Origin: Camelus ferus
Taxonomy: Eukaryota
Assembly: GCF_009834535.1 (NCBI RefSeq)
Contig: NC_045698.1
Coordinates: 1,242,001 to 1,306,000 of the forward strand
Direction: 5' to 3'
Length of the DNA: 64,000 nucleotides
In this document: piece by piece, positions 52,305 through 64,000 of the stretch
Layout of the letters: every line of letters begins with the position of its first letter
How positions within the stretch are numbered: the first letter of the stretch is position 1
Notes under the pieces: model-generated
What the model was told of the DNA's origin: nothing
What the model saw: only the letters and a program-made list of their open reading frames with translations
Databases searched by the model: none
Position numbers and translations under genes: made by a program

Positions 52305-52340
52305 CGGGTGCCATCTAGTGGCAACGTGATTGAACTGCAG
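52305..52340 (-). promoter_or_regulatory. Predicted CTCF binding site with upstream (U) motif
   Basis: The minus strand reads CTGCAGTTCAATCACGTTGCCACTAGATGGCACCC. The core CCACTAGATGGCA fits CCASYAGRKGGCR, and a TGCAG module lies upstream. Confidence 0.65.
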
Positions 52341-53222
52341 ACACGTGTTCCCTGGGCCCTAGAGCCAGACTCACTGGCTCACTCATTCATTCTTTCAACA
52401 GGTGCTGTTCCCGGACTTTACCTGGAAAGATAACGGTCATCACAGATTTATTATGACTAAGCTCTTAGAAGCTAGACATTCCTAAATTTTTCAGATGGAA
52501 GCTTCCAGTCCAGCGCCTCATCCAAACTTTGCATCTTGACTGCAGTGTCCTCCCTGGGCAGCCGTCCAGCGTCTCTGTGAGCCCCCCCGGTGGCAGCGAA
52601 CTCGCCTGATCATTTCCACTCCATAGGGTCACGCCGAGGCTGGGAAGGCGCTGGACCATTTGGCCGACGCCCTCAGTGTGCAGGTGGGAGGAAGAGGAGC
52701 CCGAGTGGCCCTCGGGCAGTGAGTCCGAGTCAGACTAACCCTGGGCTCTCCTCGTGTGACCCGCCGGGCTTCCTCTGGCAACACTTAGTAGACTTCTCCT
52801 TCCTCCCTTTTTCCCTCCCTTTCTCCCTCCTTCCCTTCATCACCTTTTCTCTCCTCTTCCTTCCTTTCCTCAACAAATGTTTCCACCTCCCCACTTTATT
52901 TACCAGACACCATGCAGAGTAAATGCGAACCACCTTAGGGGCTTGGGAGCAGTCTTCCTCGTGGGGAACGTGGTCCATGGACAGGCAGTTACAGGGCCCT
53001 TTAAAACAAAATAGAGGACAGGCAGTGAGGAAAGCGGTGTGATAACTGCCCACAGGGTCAGAACTCAACCCAGAGCGGCTTAAACAAGGAAACAAGACTG
53101 GCTCATAGCCTGGGGAGCCCAGGATGGATGGCCCAGGAGCCTGGACTATGTCAACAGGGTCCTTTCTCTTCATCTCTTGGCCCTGCTTCCCTCTCTGTGC
53201 TGGCTACTTTCTCCCCCCAACA

Positions 53223-53226
<4 letters not shown>

Positions 53227-53260
<34 letters not shown>
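53227..53260. repeat. (TG)17 microsatellite
   Basis: Directly visible perfect TG run. Confidence 0.97.
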
Positions 53261-53270
<10 letters not shown>

Positions 53271-53499
53271 GAGGCAGCAGCCCAGGAGGGTGTGGCCACA
53301 GACGGAGCTGAAGCTGGAGGGAGAAAGCTCACCTCTCCTAAATTTGCACTGTAATCCCAAGAAAGGACCAGCAGAACTGGCTGGGTTACAGTCCACCCAG
53401 AACCAAGACTGTGGAAGGTCTGAGGGGGTCTTGGCTACCGCCCATCTCTGAGGCCAGGAGGGGTGGGCGCTGTGCCTGGCACCCCTACCAGCACACCGT

Positions 53500-54000
53500 G
53501 ATGGTATGGGGAGGGCAGTTCACTGAAAGGCAGGGTGTCGGGCAGATGCAAAGGCTGGTGCTGCTTTAGGCACTCAGAGAAAACATCCGGGAGCAAGGAA
53601 GGCCAGACTCGGGACCGGAATGAGGTTGTCTCAGCCAAGAGAACTGGGCATGGGGGCGGAAAATCGTGTTCTGGCTGGGGAACAGCACACGCCAAGGCCA
53701 GGAGGGTGCAGGGGACACTTGGGCCGCTGGGTGGGCTCTCACAGGATTCAGGAACATGGCCGAGCTCAGGCTGAATGAAAACAGGGGCTTCGTGGTCCAG
53801 GGTATGCATCTGAGACTTTATTCAGGGGTAACTTGGGGCCACAGGCAGGTTTTAAGTACAAAAGTGATCTGTTTAGATTTTGATCTTACAAAGATATTTG
53901 TGGTCGGCTGCAGGAAGAACTGAGCAAGTCGCTGGCAGCAGCATGGCCAGTCCAGAGGCAATAATCCAGGATGGGAAGGGTGCGGCTGCACCAGGATGTC
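53500..54000 (-). mobile_element. L2 LINE remnant (antisense)
   Basis: 'gggaacagcacacgccaaggcc', 'gagactttattcagggg...ggttttaagtacaaaagtgatctgtttagattttg' and 'gcaataatccagg' resemble antisense L2 3' motifs. Confidence 0.6.
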
Positions 54001-54019
54001 GCCTGAAGTTCTGACTGAT

Positions 54020-54185
54020 GAGAGGCTCACGTTACTCGTCCCACATTTCTGGGCCAGAGAACTCAGGATGCACATGCCCGGGCCCCCTGGAGGGGCTCCA
54101 TCATGGGGCCTCAGTTCCTCATGTGAAATGAAGGCATTGGAATCGAGAACTTCAGAGAACCCTTCCCTTCTGAAATCCTGTATTT
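54020..54185 (+). mobile_element. MIR/MIR3 remnant
   Basis: 'gggcctcagttcctcatgtgaaatgaagg...cccttcccttctgaaatcctgt' matches the MIR core with a MIR3-like tail. Confidence 0.55.
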
Positions 54186-57100
54186 CATATTACATCATTA
54201 AAAGTGGGCAAGGATCCCTGTTCCTCTGCCCAAAGGAGGACAGAGTGGAGATGTGCTCACAGATCAGGCCTCCCTTCTGCTCTCTCTGTAAAACCACTGA
54301 AATGCCATTTCCACAACATTAGTTTCCCACCAGTTCCTTTGCACTGAAATGTGCTGAATGTAATCGGTGTTTGAACTTAACTCTGCGCATCTCACAGCAA
54401 CTCCTGGTGCAGAAGCACCCAAACGCGTGTGCTCTCTTACCCGGGGACCCGCACGTGCCGGGACTGCAGACGCTCAGAGCCTGCCCCCACAGACCTGCTC
54501 CTCCTCAGCTCATGGCATCCGGCCGCAGAAGGCGGCTGCAGAGGCTGGTCGCTCTTTCCCCAGCCCTGGAGTGCGCGCAGTGACCTCCCCCACTGCGGGA
54601 GAGGCCAATGGCAAATGGTGAACTTTGAGCAGGGGAGGAGGGGACACGTCCACTTTCCTTGTCTCTGCATTTACTTCCAAGCTCTGCTTTGGGACTGGAA
54701 GATGAATTCTCCAAATGCCGAGTTCTTAGATTAAATGTTGTGTTTCTAAATCAAAAGTAAGCAAATCCCATGTAATGTGCCTGACGTGTATTTATTACAA
54801 CGTTCTTTAGAAGCAATTTGCATCCTGATATGCCTGGATCACTATTAAAGAGTTAAGAAAAATGGAGAGAAGGGGATCAAGACTCTATTTTTCGGAGACG
54901 TAACTACAAAACGAATGGTGCCTTATAAGAACACGAACACTGAGAAAGAATAGGGCTTAAACTATTAAACAGATAGATGTCAATTGTCAGCGGCTGCGGC
55001 TGGCTTCGCTAACACCCCCATCATCAAAATTATACAGCTGGAGCCGCGCACACCGTGGTTGTAAAACCTCTGGATGGGAAGGCTTTTATAGGCTGTAGGG
55101 AAATAAATCCATTTGGAAATAATGCACATGATAATATGATTAACTCTTACTTTTATAGCTGAAAAACATACAATGGAATCAGAGGATATTATCATAAACA
55201 ACCATGAACCTCCCACCTTAAATGAGCAAGTGCAAACGTTTGCGTGGACTTTTCAATTTATTGGCACAAGGAAAACCTCACAGATGGAAGCCGGTCCCCT
55301 GGCCCCCCTCAGAGCTGTGCTGAGCCCTCCTCCCTGCGCGAGCCTCCTGGTGCTTGGCGTGTGCACGGCCCACGTCCTCATCTTGTACACGTGGGTACCT
55401 CTACTCTGCACATGTACTCTTCACTTGAATAGCTTGCACGTCCGCACGTGGGTAGTATGTTCTGGACTTCGCTCTTTCTAGAACCCCCATGGAGCACAGA
55501 GCACCTAGGAAGACACCCCGATGGGCTTAGCCGTCCGCACACTGGAGAGCACGCGGGATTGTGCAGACTTCCTGGGCCGTGCAACGAACGGCCACCAACC
55601 AGGAAACGGAGCAAGGGTTCATCGCCTCACGGTCCAGAGGGCAGCGTCCGCCGCAAGGTGTCCCGGGGAGGGGTCGGTCCTGGTGCGTCCAGGGGGCCGG
55701 CTGGCATTGGCCTCACTCCAGGCTGCCCCCACCCTCGTGTGGCCCCTTCTACGGGGGTCTGCCCCAGACCTCCTTCGCCTGCCTCCCGCACGGACACACG
55801 AGACTGGCCTGGGGCCCCTGGACCAGCCCGAATGACCTCCTCCTCTGAAGGCCCTGAACTTGGCCTCCGTTCCCCACGTAGGAGGCGATGTCACTCTTTC
55901 TCCACGTGAAGCAATGCCCGCAGCTTCCGGGACGAGGTGACCGTGTCTCGGCGGGGCGCTGTCCAGGTGGTCTCAGGCTGTCTCTCTCGGGATCTGACAA
56001 CCGTTCTGTGGGGACTATCATGGGTGGGATGTGCACCCGAGTAAGGCTTTCCTTGGGGGGCTGCCCTGGGGTTGGGACGGCCGAGTTGGCGTGCTGCTGG
56101 CTGTCCCCACCCCCGCGCCCCCACAGCGGCCATGAGCCCCCGTCCTCGCCCACATCCAGCTGACAAACTTGAAAACGTTCACCAGTATCACGGTTCAAGT
56201 GCCACTTCGTCTGGAAAGGACCGCTCCCCCTTATTTCTAGACAAGTGTGGCGTGTTTCCTGCTCGGGGCGAGGTCCCTGCACTTTTCTTATTGGTCTCTA
56301 GAGAGTTCTTCACCTATTTCGGGTATTAATCTGTTTCGTCTGTTGTATACGATAAAACAACTCTCAGGGTATCACTTCTTTAAAACTTTGTTTAAATTTT
56401 TTTTTTTTTCTAAAGCTGAAGGGGCCCCACACCAGCCCCCTTGGAAGGAAGTTCTCGAATCTCAGCTCCACTCAGTGCAGGTGACCTTTGGGTCCAAGGT
56501 TCAGTAGCCAATGGAGCAAACGGCTGGAGGCACCCCAGGGACGTAAGTGACCCTGTGAACTCCGGACTTCTGCTCGGTGCCCCATGTCAATTTATTTGTT
56601 CAATTTTCACATTATATTCCTTCTACCTTGATGAGACATCCAGGGATCTGTTCCCAATCTTATTCTATAGGTTTCTGTTACTATAAATTATGAAATATTA
56701 CAAATTAGAAATCTACAGGTTTCTGTTCATATAAATTAGCAAGAGCTTGTGATTCTTTCTGTGTGCAGGCCACCCCGTGAGAGGGCACACTCCGTGCTCA
56801 CGCCCGTATGGCCAGCTCATCTTTCCAAGCCTGTCCTGCTGCCCAGCAGTGACCCAGACCTGCGTGAGCTCCTATCGCTGCAGGAACACCAGCGGGGGGA
56901 GGTCTTGAGGAGAATCAGGGTCCCCTTCAGGTCAAGATCTCAGGAGAGATTGTCACAGGTTTTTTGGGCAAGGGGAGACTGACCCCTCTCGGGGGGGGGG
57001 GGTTATGCAAAGGAATTTTGGCAGAACGTGGGCGATTGAGTTTACAGCCTCATCAGATTCTGCCCCAGTGTCCCCACTCCAAGTTTCCGGGTCCACACCC

Positions 57101-59029
57101 CTCCTGGCCAATGTCCTGCATTTAATATGACACCTTCACAAGTCGTGCACTCAATTTTGTGCTGTCATTTTTCCCTTTGCAGAATTAGCCTGTGGTCTTG
57201 GTTTGCAGAAGGTGCGACTTTATAGTTGCAAAGGACACACCCGGATGGCGCTCACAGAAACTTTCTCACTCCTCACCTGGTCTTCGAGCTGGACATGCAC
57301 AGCCGTGGGCTTATCATTCTTCTCCGCCAAGCTCTCCAGCAGGTGTAAGAAGCTTCCAAGACACCTCATAGCCCCTTGGGTCTTACTTCCACCAGAATGT
57401 TCTGAGTGAGCTGTGTCCACACCCAAGGGTCCGGTGGTGGCCCTGGGGCACTGTTGTCAGCTGGACGCAGTCCAAAGACAAAGCAGGTGTACAGAGCAGA
57501 GGGTGGAGGAGCTGGACACCCTCTGAACTATTCACCGAACTGTTGCTGTTAAGCAGCAAGTCACTCTTCTCGATAAATCTGACACAGCCCATGTGAAAAC
57601 TAGGCTGTAGAGAAGGGCTGTGGGTTAGCTTCTCGCAAACCAGCTCACTTTCAAATGTGTCCTTTTCCATCTGAGTTTCCCTCCATGTTACTCTGTCGCA
57701 CAACAACTCAGCCACGTGAATGTTCTGAAGTTAACAAAACGCTAAAACTATCCCGCCTTCCTCAGGAAAGAGTAGCAACTCTTCAAGTGAACGATGCAGG
57801 CAGCGTAAGGATGTTTCTCAAGTAAAAGCTGCACGACACAATGGCGTGTTTCCTCATGTCCTTCGAGGAAGCCTGCCAGACCGTCTGTCAGAGAGTGCGC
57901 CGTGTGGCTCCCGTGTGTGGAGACGCAGCGACCGGTCACCGCAGCCACACGTGCCGCCCGCGCAGCAGAGCCTGCACGGGGAGGTGCGTCGCCCGGTCTA
58001 CGTGAGGACTCGCCAAGGCGATTCTTGGGTCTTAGAGGCGTGTTCTTTTTTATTTTCATAAAAAAGACCCCAACTCAAAGCCTCAGCAGGGGCGGCAGGT
58101 CACGGCGCCCGGGCGCGCGGCGCTCCGCGCTGGGGACGCTGCGCGGGCCTCGGGGCGGCCGGCCTCGCGCCGCACGGACACAGGCAGCGACCGCCCCTGC
58201 AGTCGGGGCCTGGTCGATAAAGTTATCACGTGGTTACCACCAGCCGGCCCTTCATTATTCAGCGCCACCTCCGGGGCTGCCTGCGGACGGGACTGCTGCG
58301 CCTCATCTTGGGGGGGGGGGTGGCCCGGAGTTGGCAGGAGGGAGTGCGGGGACGGCGATCAGGGCGCCATGAATAATTGAGCTTTAATAATTTTCGCTGC
58401 ATTTAGAAATCATTTCCCACACTTGTTACATGGCCAGAGTGCCTACGGCCACAAAGCCGTACGGCGGAGCCGGGCCGTGGAGCGAGGACGCGCGGGGAGG
58501 CCGAGGCGGCGGGGGCCGCGCCGTCAGCGAGGGGCTCTTCCCCGGACCGAGAGCAGGCTGGGCCGGGCTGCCTCTAGGACCACTTTACTGCTCGTTTTCA
58601 TTACAAGGGCAGTATTTTAATTATGAAGGCAATGCTTACTCACTGTAAACAAACTTTAAAAGAAAGTAAAAAAGCCCATGAAACAAGACAGGTCAATACC
58701 CGCGCCTCTCCTGGGGTCTCCACCTTGGAGACGCAGAAGGGAGCACCGCTCCGCGCTGAGTCCAGGTGTCGGGGCTGATGGCACCGCACAACCGAGACGG
58801 GCGGCTTGAAAGGGTTTCCTTATTCCAAAATGAGGCCTCTGGGGAGAGCAGAGGAGACTCCCCCACTGGCCTGAAAATGGCCTGAGAGGGCACAGAGAGG
58901 GGTTTGCACATGCTTGAGGGCGGCGGGCCGCGGGTTCCCACACCTGGGCAGGGGCGAGCGGTCGCAACCTCCCACTGGTGCCAAGGTGGGCAACAGCCAG
59001 GCTGTCTTATCAGCTTGGCCACGTGGGGC

Positions 59030-60620
59030 AGAAGGGAGAAGGGGAGAGGAGAGGCTTAAGGCATAAACATTGAAAATGGAGTCATATTCTTTATTCTGCT
59101 TCTTTGGTCCTCTCACTGTAGGCAAACCATTCTGGTATTTTCTATGTATAGATAAAAATATTTTTACATGTGATCTGTATCTCCATCATCCATCCCCCAT
59201 CCATCCCTCCATCCATCCGTCTGTCCATCATCCTTCCATCCGTCCGTCTGTCCATCATCCTCTTCTCATGCAGAAATGACATCATATCACACATACTTTT
59301 CTGAACTTGATTTTTCCACTTAACGATGAGTCTGGAAAGACCTTGTCTACAGCCCTACCTGGTTCTCCGGAAGGCTTCCTGGCGTCCCACGGCCCTCAGG
59401 GTGGCCATTCGCGTCACAAACCACCCTCGTATCCCAAGCTGGTGGGATGCTCTCCTGGAAGCTGATCACCAGGTCGCAGGGCACGCACATCACAGGCTCT
59501 GTGGCATAATGCCAAACCACCTTCCAAAACTCTGCTCTAGAACACGCTGTGCCCGACAGGTTGCCAGAACCCCTGCTTTCTGTCACCCTTGTTGGCCGGC
59601 GTGGGGCGGAGGCTCGGGGAACAAGCCACCCGTTTGCGTGTAAGCAAGTGTTGCAGATTCTCTTGTATCTTCCCACGTACTGCTCGCTGTTCTTATTTCT
59701 TGTTGCTCTGTGCTGCCAGAGTTTCCCAAATCCATCATTCATTTCTCATCAACGTGCAAGAAATCCTTCCATAATACATGTTGCAAGTATGCTTTCCAGT
59801 TGGTCATTTGACTGGAAATTTAAAATTTAACAACTCCATCTTTTATGAAACTGCTTGTTTTGTCATATTTAGAAACCCCCCCTCTAATAAAAAATTAGTC
59901 GCTTCTTTCTACTTACGATTTTGTCCTAATAGGTAAACATCGGCATGTGCAACCTGGCGCTGCGACCAGAAGCCCGTACTCGCTCCGCGTGAGCCGGGGC
60001 CCCTCCTGAGCCAGCTTGCGGCTTCTCTCGGGGCCAGTCAGAAGCCACTCGTGCCTCACCTGGTGACTTGCTCTGCTGCTAGTCACCCGGACTCTGCTTC
60101 ACTTCTGATCCCACGTGTTTTATTCGGTCTGCGTGTTTTCTCTCTCATCCCACGGCTTTATATGTTGTGCTTAATAATCAACTTCGATGTCAAGTAAGGC
60201 GGCTTCTCTGAATTACTCTTTCTCCTGCACCCTCCTGAGTATTTAAAAATGTTCACATCTCTAGAAGGTCTGTGGCATTATTACGTCACGTTAGACGGGT
60301 CCTCTCTCCACCAGCAACTTGGACAGTTCTGTTGTTACTTACACTGGAAGTGCATTAGAACTACAGAGTAATTTGGGTAGAAATGACGTTTTATGTAGGT
60401 GCCTTTTTAGCCAAGAACAAGACCTGTTCCCACTCACTCAGCCTTCTGTCACGTCTTTGCACGATGCTCTCATGCTTTTGAAACACAGGCCCGGCGTCTC
60501 TCCTAAGGTTATTTGCAGATGCTTTCATAATTCCTTCATTATGAGCCGAATTGTTTCTTCCTTTGTATTTCTAGTTGGCATTGGTTTTAAACAGGGAAAT
60601 ACTGCTTTTGTGTTTTCATT
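59030..60620 (-). mobile_element. Highly decayed antisense L1 (L1ME-like 3' end and ORF2 pieces)
   Basis: 'catacttttctgaacttgatttttccacttaac', 'gcataatgccaaaccaccttccaaaa' and 'tgcattagaactacagagtaatttgggtagaaatgac' resemble antisense old L1. Confidence 0.6.
59183..59262. repeat. Degenerate (CATC)n simple repeat
   Basis: Visible ccat/ccgt units. Confidence 0.85.
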
Positions 60621-63011
60621 GCTTTTATCTGTTGATGTTGTTTCATGTCCAGGAACGACCGGGTCACGGCTGTCTCCTTTTCTCGCTATGACCACGGCAA
60701 GAACTGAGGCTCTGTTTCCTCATCATCAAAGCGGGAAGGTCGTCCACCTAGGGAATACTGGGGGTGAGGCTGGGCGTGGCTCAGGAACACTGGGACCCCC
60801 ACACCTTCCAGGAGCTCCGACGCTGCCTGGGAAGGGGTCTGGGTGTGCCCAGCGTCGGGGCCAGGACGGGCGGCCAGCGAGGGGACGTCTGCTGTCCCGG
60901 GCGGCACGCTCACGTCTGTCTCCGAGGGGGATTCGGGATGGGGGGAGCCAGGCGGCCTGAGGAGCATCCCCTGAGGAAGGGAAGGTCGGCAAGGGTCCCC
61001 TTCTGCTTTGGGGACACATGCGTGTGGCCATTTGTAAGGACCAGATGCATATTTGTTGAAGAGCGACGACGAGGAAACAGCTGGTTAAATATTCGGATAC
61101 GTGAATGCACAGCAGACACAGGAAAACAATTGGCCCGACTCGCGCAGCCGGAGCAGCTCTGGGCCGAGTCCTGGCACGGCTCAGCTGTCCTCCGTCGAAG
61201 GCTGACCCTGCCTGGGTGTGTGTCAGTCCCACCAGGTCCGCCCACACATGCGGCCTGACCTCCGGGCCCATCATTCCCGGACGGGACCTTGTGCTCCCAG
61301 GCGTGGTGAGACAGCAGAACGTCCCCAGAGCTCGGCCACGTGTCCCCGCGCTTCAGGTGGGTCCTGGGTTGCTAGCAGCCTGGTCTTTAAAGCCACAGGC
61401 AGGACAGGAAGGAGGCTCTCTGTCCTCTTCCCTGCAGCCGTGAACTTTGCCTCCATCCTCTCCGCACTGTGCCCAGGGAACAGGGTGACAGTCAGGGCTG
61501 CTGTCGTCTTCAGAGCTCCTGCTCGCACGGCCGCCATGCTCATCCATGGCCCACTGTCAGCAGATCCGGGCAAGCCCACCTCCAAACGCCAGAAACTTGT
61601 CTCTCTCCTGTTCGTGTCCCCCCAGCCCAGCCACGTTGGCTCCTGCCAGGGCCCCGTTCCCCCCTCATCAGGACACGCCTTCATCTAATGCCTGGATCAC
61701 GTGCTCTTCTGTTGGAACTCTCTAACAGACTCCCATCCGAACTGGAGGGAACTCCCAGCCCCGCATCTCGGTCCGCAAGGCCCCTTCCATCTGCCCTGCC
61801 TGCAGCCCCGGCCCCACTTGGCGCCTCACGCATCCTCCCTGCCCGCCAGGCGCACATACCTGCCGCGCTGCACCCCTGCCGGTGGCATCCCTGACCTGGA
61901 CTGGCTCACCTTGGGGGGCCTTCCGCTTTCGGCCCTTCCTCTGTCCCCCTGGTCGCCAGAGGCCCCGGGCCCCCGAGGGCGTCTCCGCTGTGGTCAGGGC
62001 CCAGCACAGAGCACGCGGCTCGGGAGGTGGTGACCGGGAGCTCGGGCGTGCGTGTTCCTGGTTGCAGTTTCCTTCTCTCTGTTTCTCCGGTGTAATTTCA
62101 GTGCCATCTCCAGTGACTGGCTTACTAAGGTTCTAGACACTCCTTTACAAAGGGCCCTGGTTCCTGTCACACACGCTTTGGGTGAGTTTGTCTTTCCACG
62201 CTCTGCTTTCTGCCATAAAGCCCAGAGGAGGCCGGGCAGGATCTTAAAATCTCGGTCATTTGAAAACTTGCGGCATCCCAGAAGAAACAGCCTGTTCCGG
62301 TATCAGCGGAGGACAGCTGATCCGTCCAGATCAGAGATAAACGCCGGGCCGGAGATAAGACCACTCAGGCCTGAGCCCAGAGCTAACGCAGCATTTCCCG
62401 GAGCCCGTGGAGCGGCCGGAGCAGGCCATGCAGCGTGCTGGCAACGAGCAGGTGCCCCGGCTTGATGCTGTCTCGCTGCCGGGGAACAGGCCACTTCATC
62501 ACGACCCCGTTTTCCCCTGAGCCATCACAAGTAAAGGCTTTCTGCCCCGATTAATTAAAAAGTTAATGGGCTTGATTAAGCTATTTTTGGTAAAGATTGG
62601 AAAGAGCGTGAATACATCTTTCTACTTCCAATTACAAGCAGACGTGGCCACTCACTTCCCGTCCCCATGGTTACACGTGTCCATAAACTGTCCGTGTAAC
62701 TTTGTCGTCCACACTCCGCGTGACAGCCGCCCCGTGGTCTCCAAGCTTTTCACCAGCACTTACCAAGTAAGAGCGTAGCGCCACGCAAAGCGGTACGTGC
62801 CGGCGACGGCGAGGATGGAAGAGCCGGTTCATGTAGATGATTTCCTCGAAGCATGGTCGACACGGACTTGAGGCAGCGCCTCTGAGGTCCTGCCTTTTCC
62901 TTGCACACGTGCACGTGGGTGTGTGTGAGGGCACGTGTGCTCATGCGTGTGGGTGCGGGTGCAACAGGGCTGAGAGCTGGAGCGGGGAGAGCCTGGTCTG
63001 TGGCCGGGGCC

Positions 63012-63185
63012 CATGGTTCTCAAACCTGCGAGAGCACTGGCATCACCGCGGCTCCTTCAGGCAGGTTCCTGGGCCCCCCGAGAGGTTCTGATGGAGTGGG
63101 GCCTTGGTGGGACCCCAAAACTTGCATTTCCAATAACCTCCCAGGTAGCTCTCTGCTGCGGGCGGCAGCCCCTTAGAAAACCCTG
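63012..63185. mobile_element. MER5A-like hAT-Charlie MITE
   Basis: 'catggttctcaaa...ctgggcccccc...gagaggttctgat...ttgcatttccaataacctcccaggt...ttagaaaaccctg' follows the MER5A layout with degenerate TIRs. Confidence 0.75.
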
Positions 63186-64000
63186 TCCGCACTCCCTTTA
63201 TTTTTGATTGTGAAGTTGGAGGAGCAGCCGCCACCTGCTCACCTTGCCTCCGGAATGAGAGTCGCTTGAGTTGAATGCTGGACATGAGATCGTGAGCACA
63301 AAGCAGACGTGGGGCTTCTATACCCGGGCCGCTGGTTCCGAAGGGCTCCCAGCAGACGGGCCAGCTCCCCTCACTGCTCTCCCACGGACCCCTAAGGGAA
63401 AGCATCCGCTGACTCCAAAACAGGTGCTGCGCCCCCCGGCTCCTGTGGTTTCCACACGGGGGTGCTCAGTGACCACCATCCACGTCCACTTCTGATGCAG
63501 GCCTGTGGTTCTAACAGCCGTCTGCAGGATGGTGAGAGCAGAATGATCCAACCAGGGCCTCCTTTGGGCCCCTTGGTGCCGCCAGGCCCCTGCTTGTCTC
63601 CAGTGGGTCCTGGGAGACAAGCCTCACGCGCAGGGCTGACCGGACTGTCCGGTCCACGTGGGGGTGCGGAGGGCCCCTCGGGTAACGCAGCAGTTAGAGA
63701 GACCTCAGTTAGGGGTGTTTAGAGCGTCACGTCATTGCTTCACGTGGGCAGACGGGAGCAGTGATGGGTGACGGTGGCGCGGTCACCCACATCCTCTCTG
63801 CGCATCCCCACCCCCGCCCGCCCTCCTGAGAGCCAGCGGGAACTGCGTCCGCAGGCGGGGAGAGACGGCGGAGCGCAGTGGAGACGCGTGTGCGTGGACG
63901 CGCAGTGTGGACCGTCTGCCCTCATTTTGGGCGGAGGAGGAAGATGAACGCCATTGCCACGTAAGATCTCGGAACCTGATCAAAGGCTGTGACATGTGCC

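Noticed and set aside
57200..57880. Possible transposase remnant or exon on the minus strand
   Set aside because: Only a faint resemblance ('VVQLLLEKHPYAACIVH'), with stops and no terminal repeats. It cannot be supported without a search.

Overview
This window is eukaryotic, mammalian genomic DNA: GC- and CpG-rich, non-coding, and resembling a gene desert. I can support no protein-coding gene, RNA gene or CRISPR array. The long ORFs are chance ORFs in GC-rich DNA, repeat-derived ORFs or LINE remnants. The window holds decayed transposons (a near full-length ancient L1 with nested insertions, other L1 and L2 pieces, MIRs, MLT1/MLT2 LTRs, MER8/Tigger-, MER20- and MER5A-like DNA elements) and tandem repeats. 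Several AT-rich islands look like conserved enhancers. The strongest, near 23.3-23.6 kb, resembles from memory the duplicated ultraconserved element of the Iroquois (IRX) gene deserts. A younger cetartiodactyl-type L1 3' end and the lack of recognisable lineage SINEs suggest a camelid-like host (inference). The most interesting structures are an apparent ancient L1 3' transduction (6921-7970), a second L1 insertion with a non-L1 3' tail (8107-8622), a 19-bp tandem repeat forming an array of perfect heat-shock elements and TEAD motifs (48300-48370), a higher-order 16-bp minisatellite inside an L2 fossil, a full CTCF site, and AT-to-GC drift in old repeats. I found no convincing wholly new biological system. 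All family assignments come from recalled consensus sequences, not database searches, and element boundaries are approximate.
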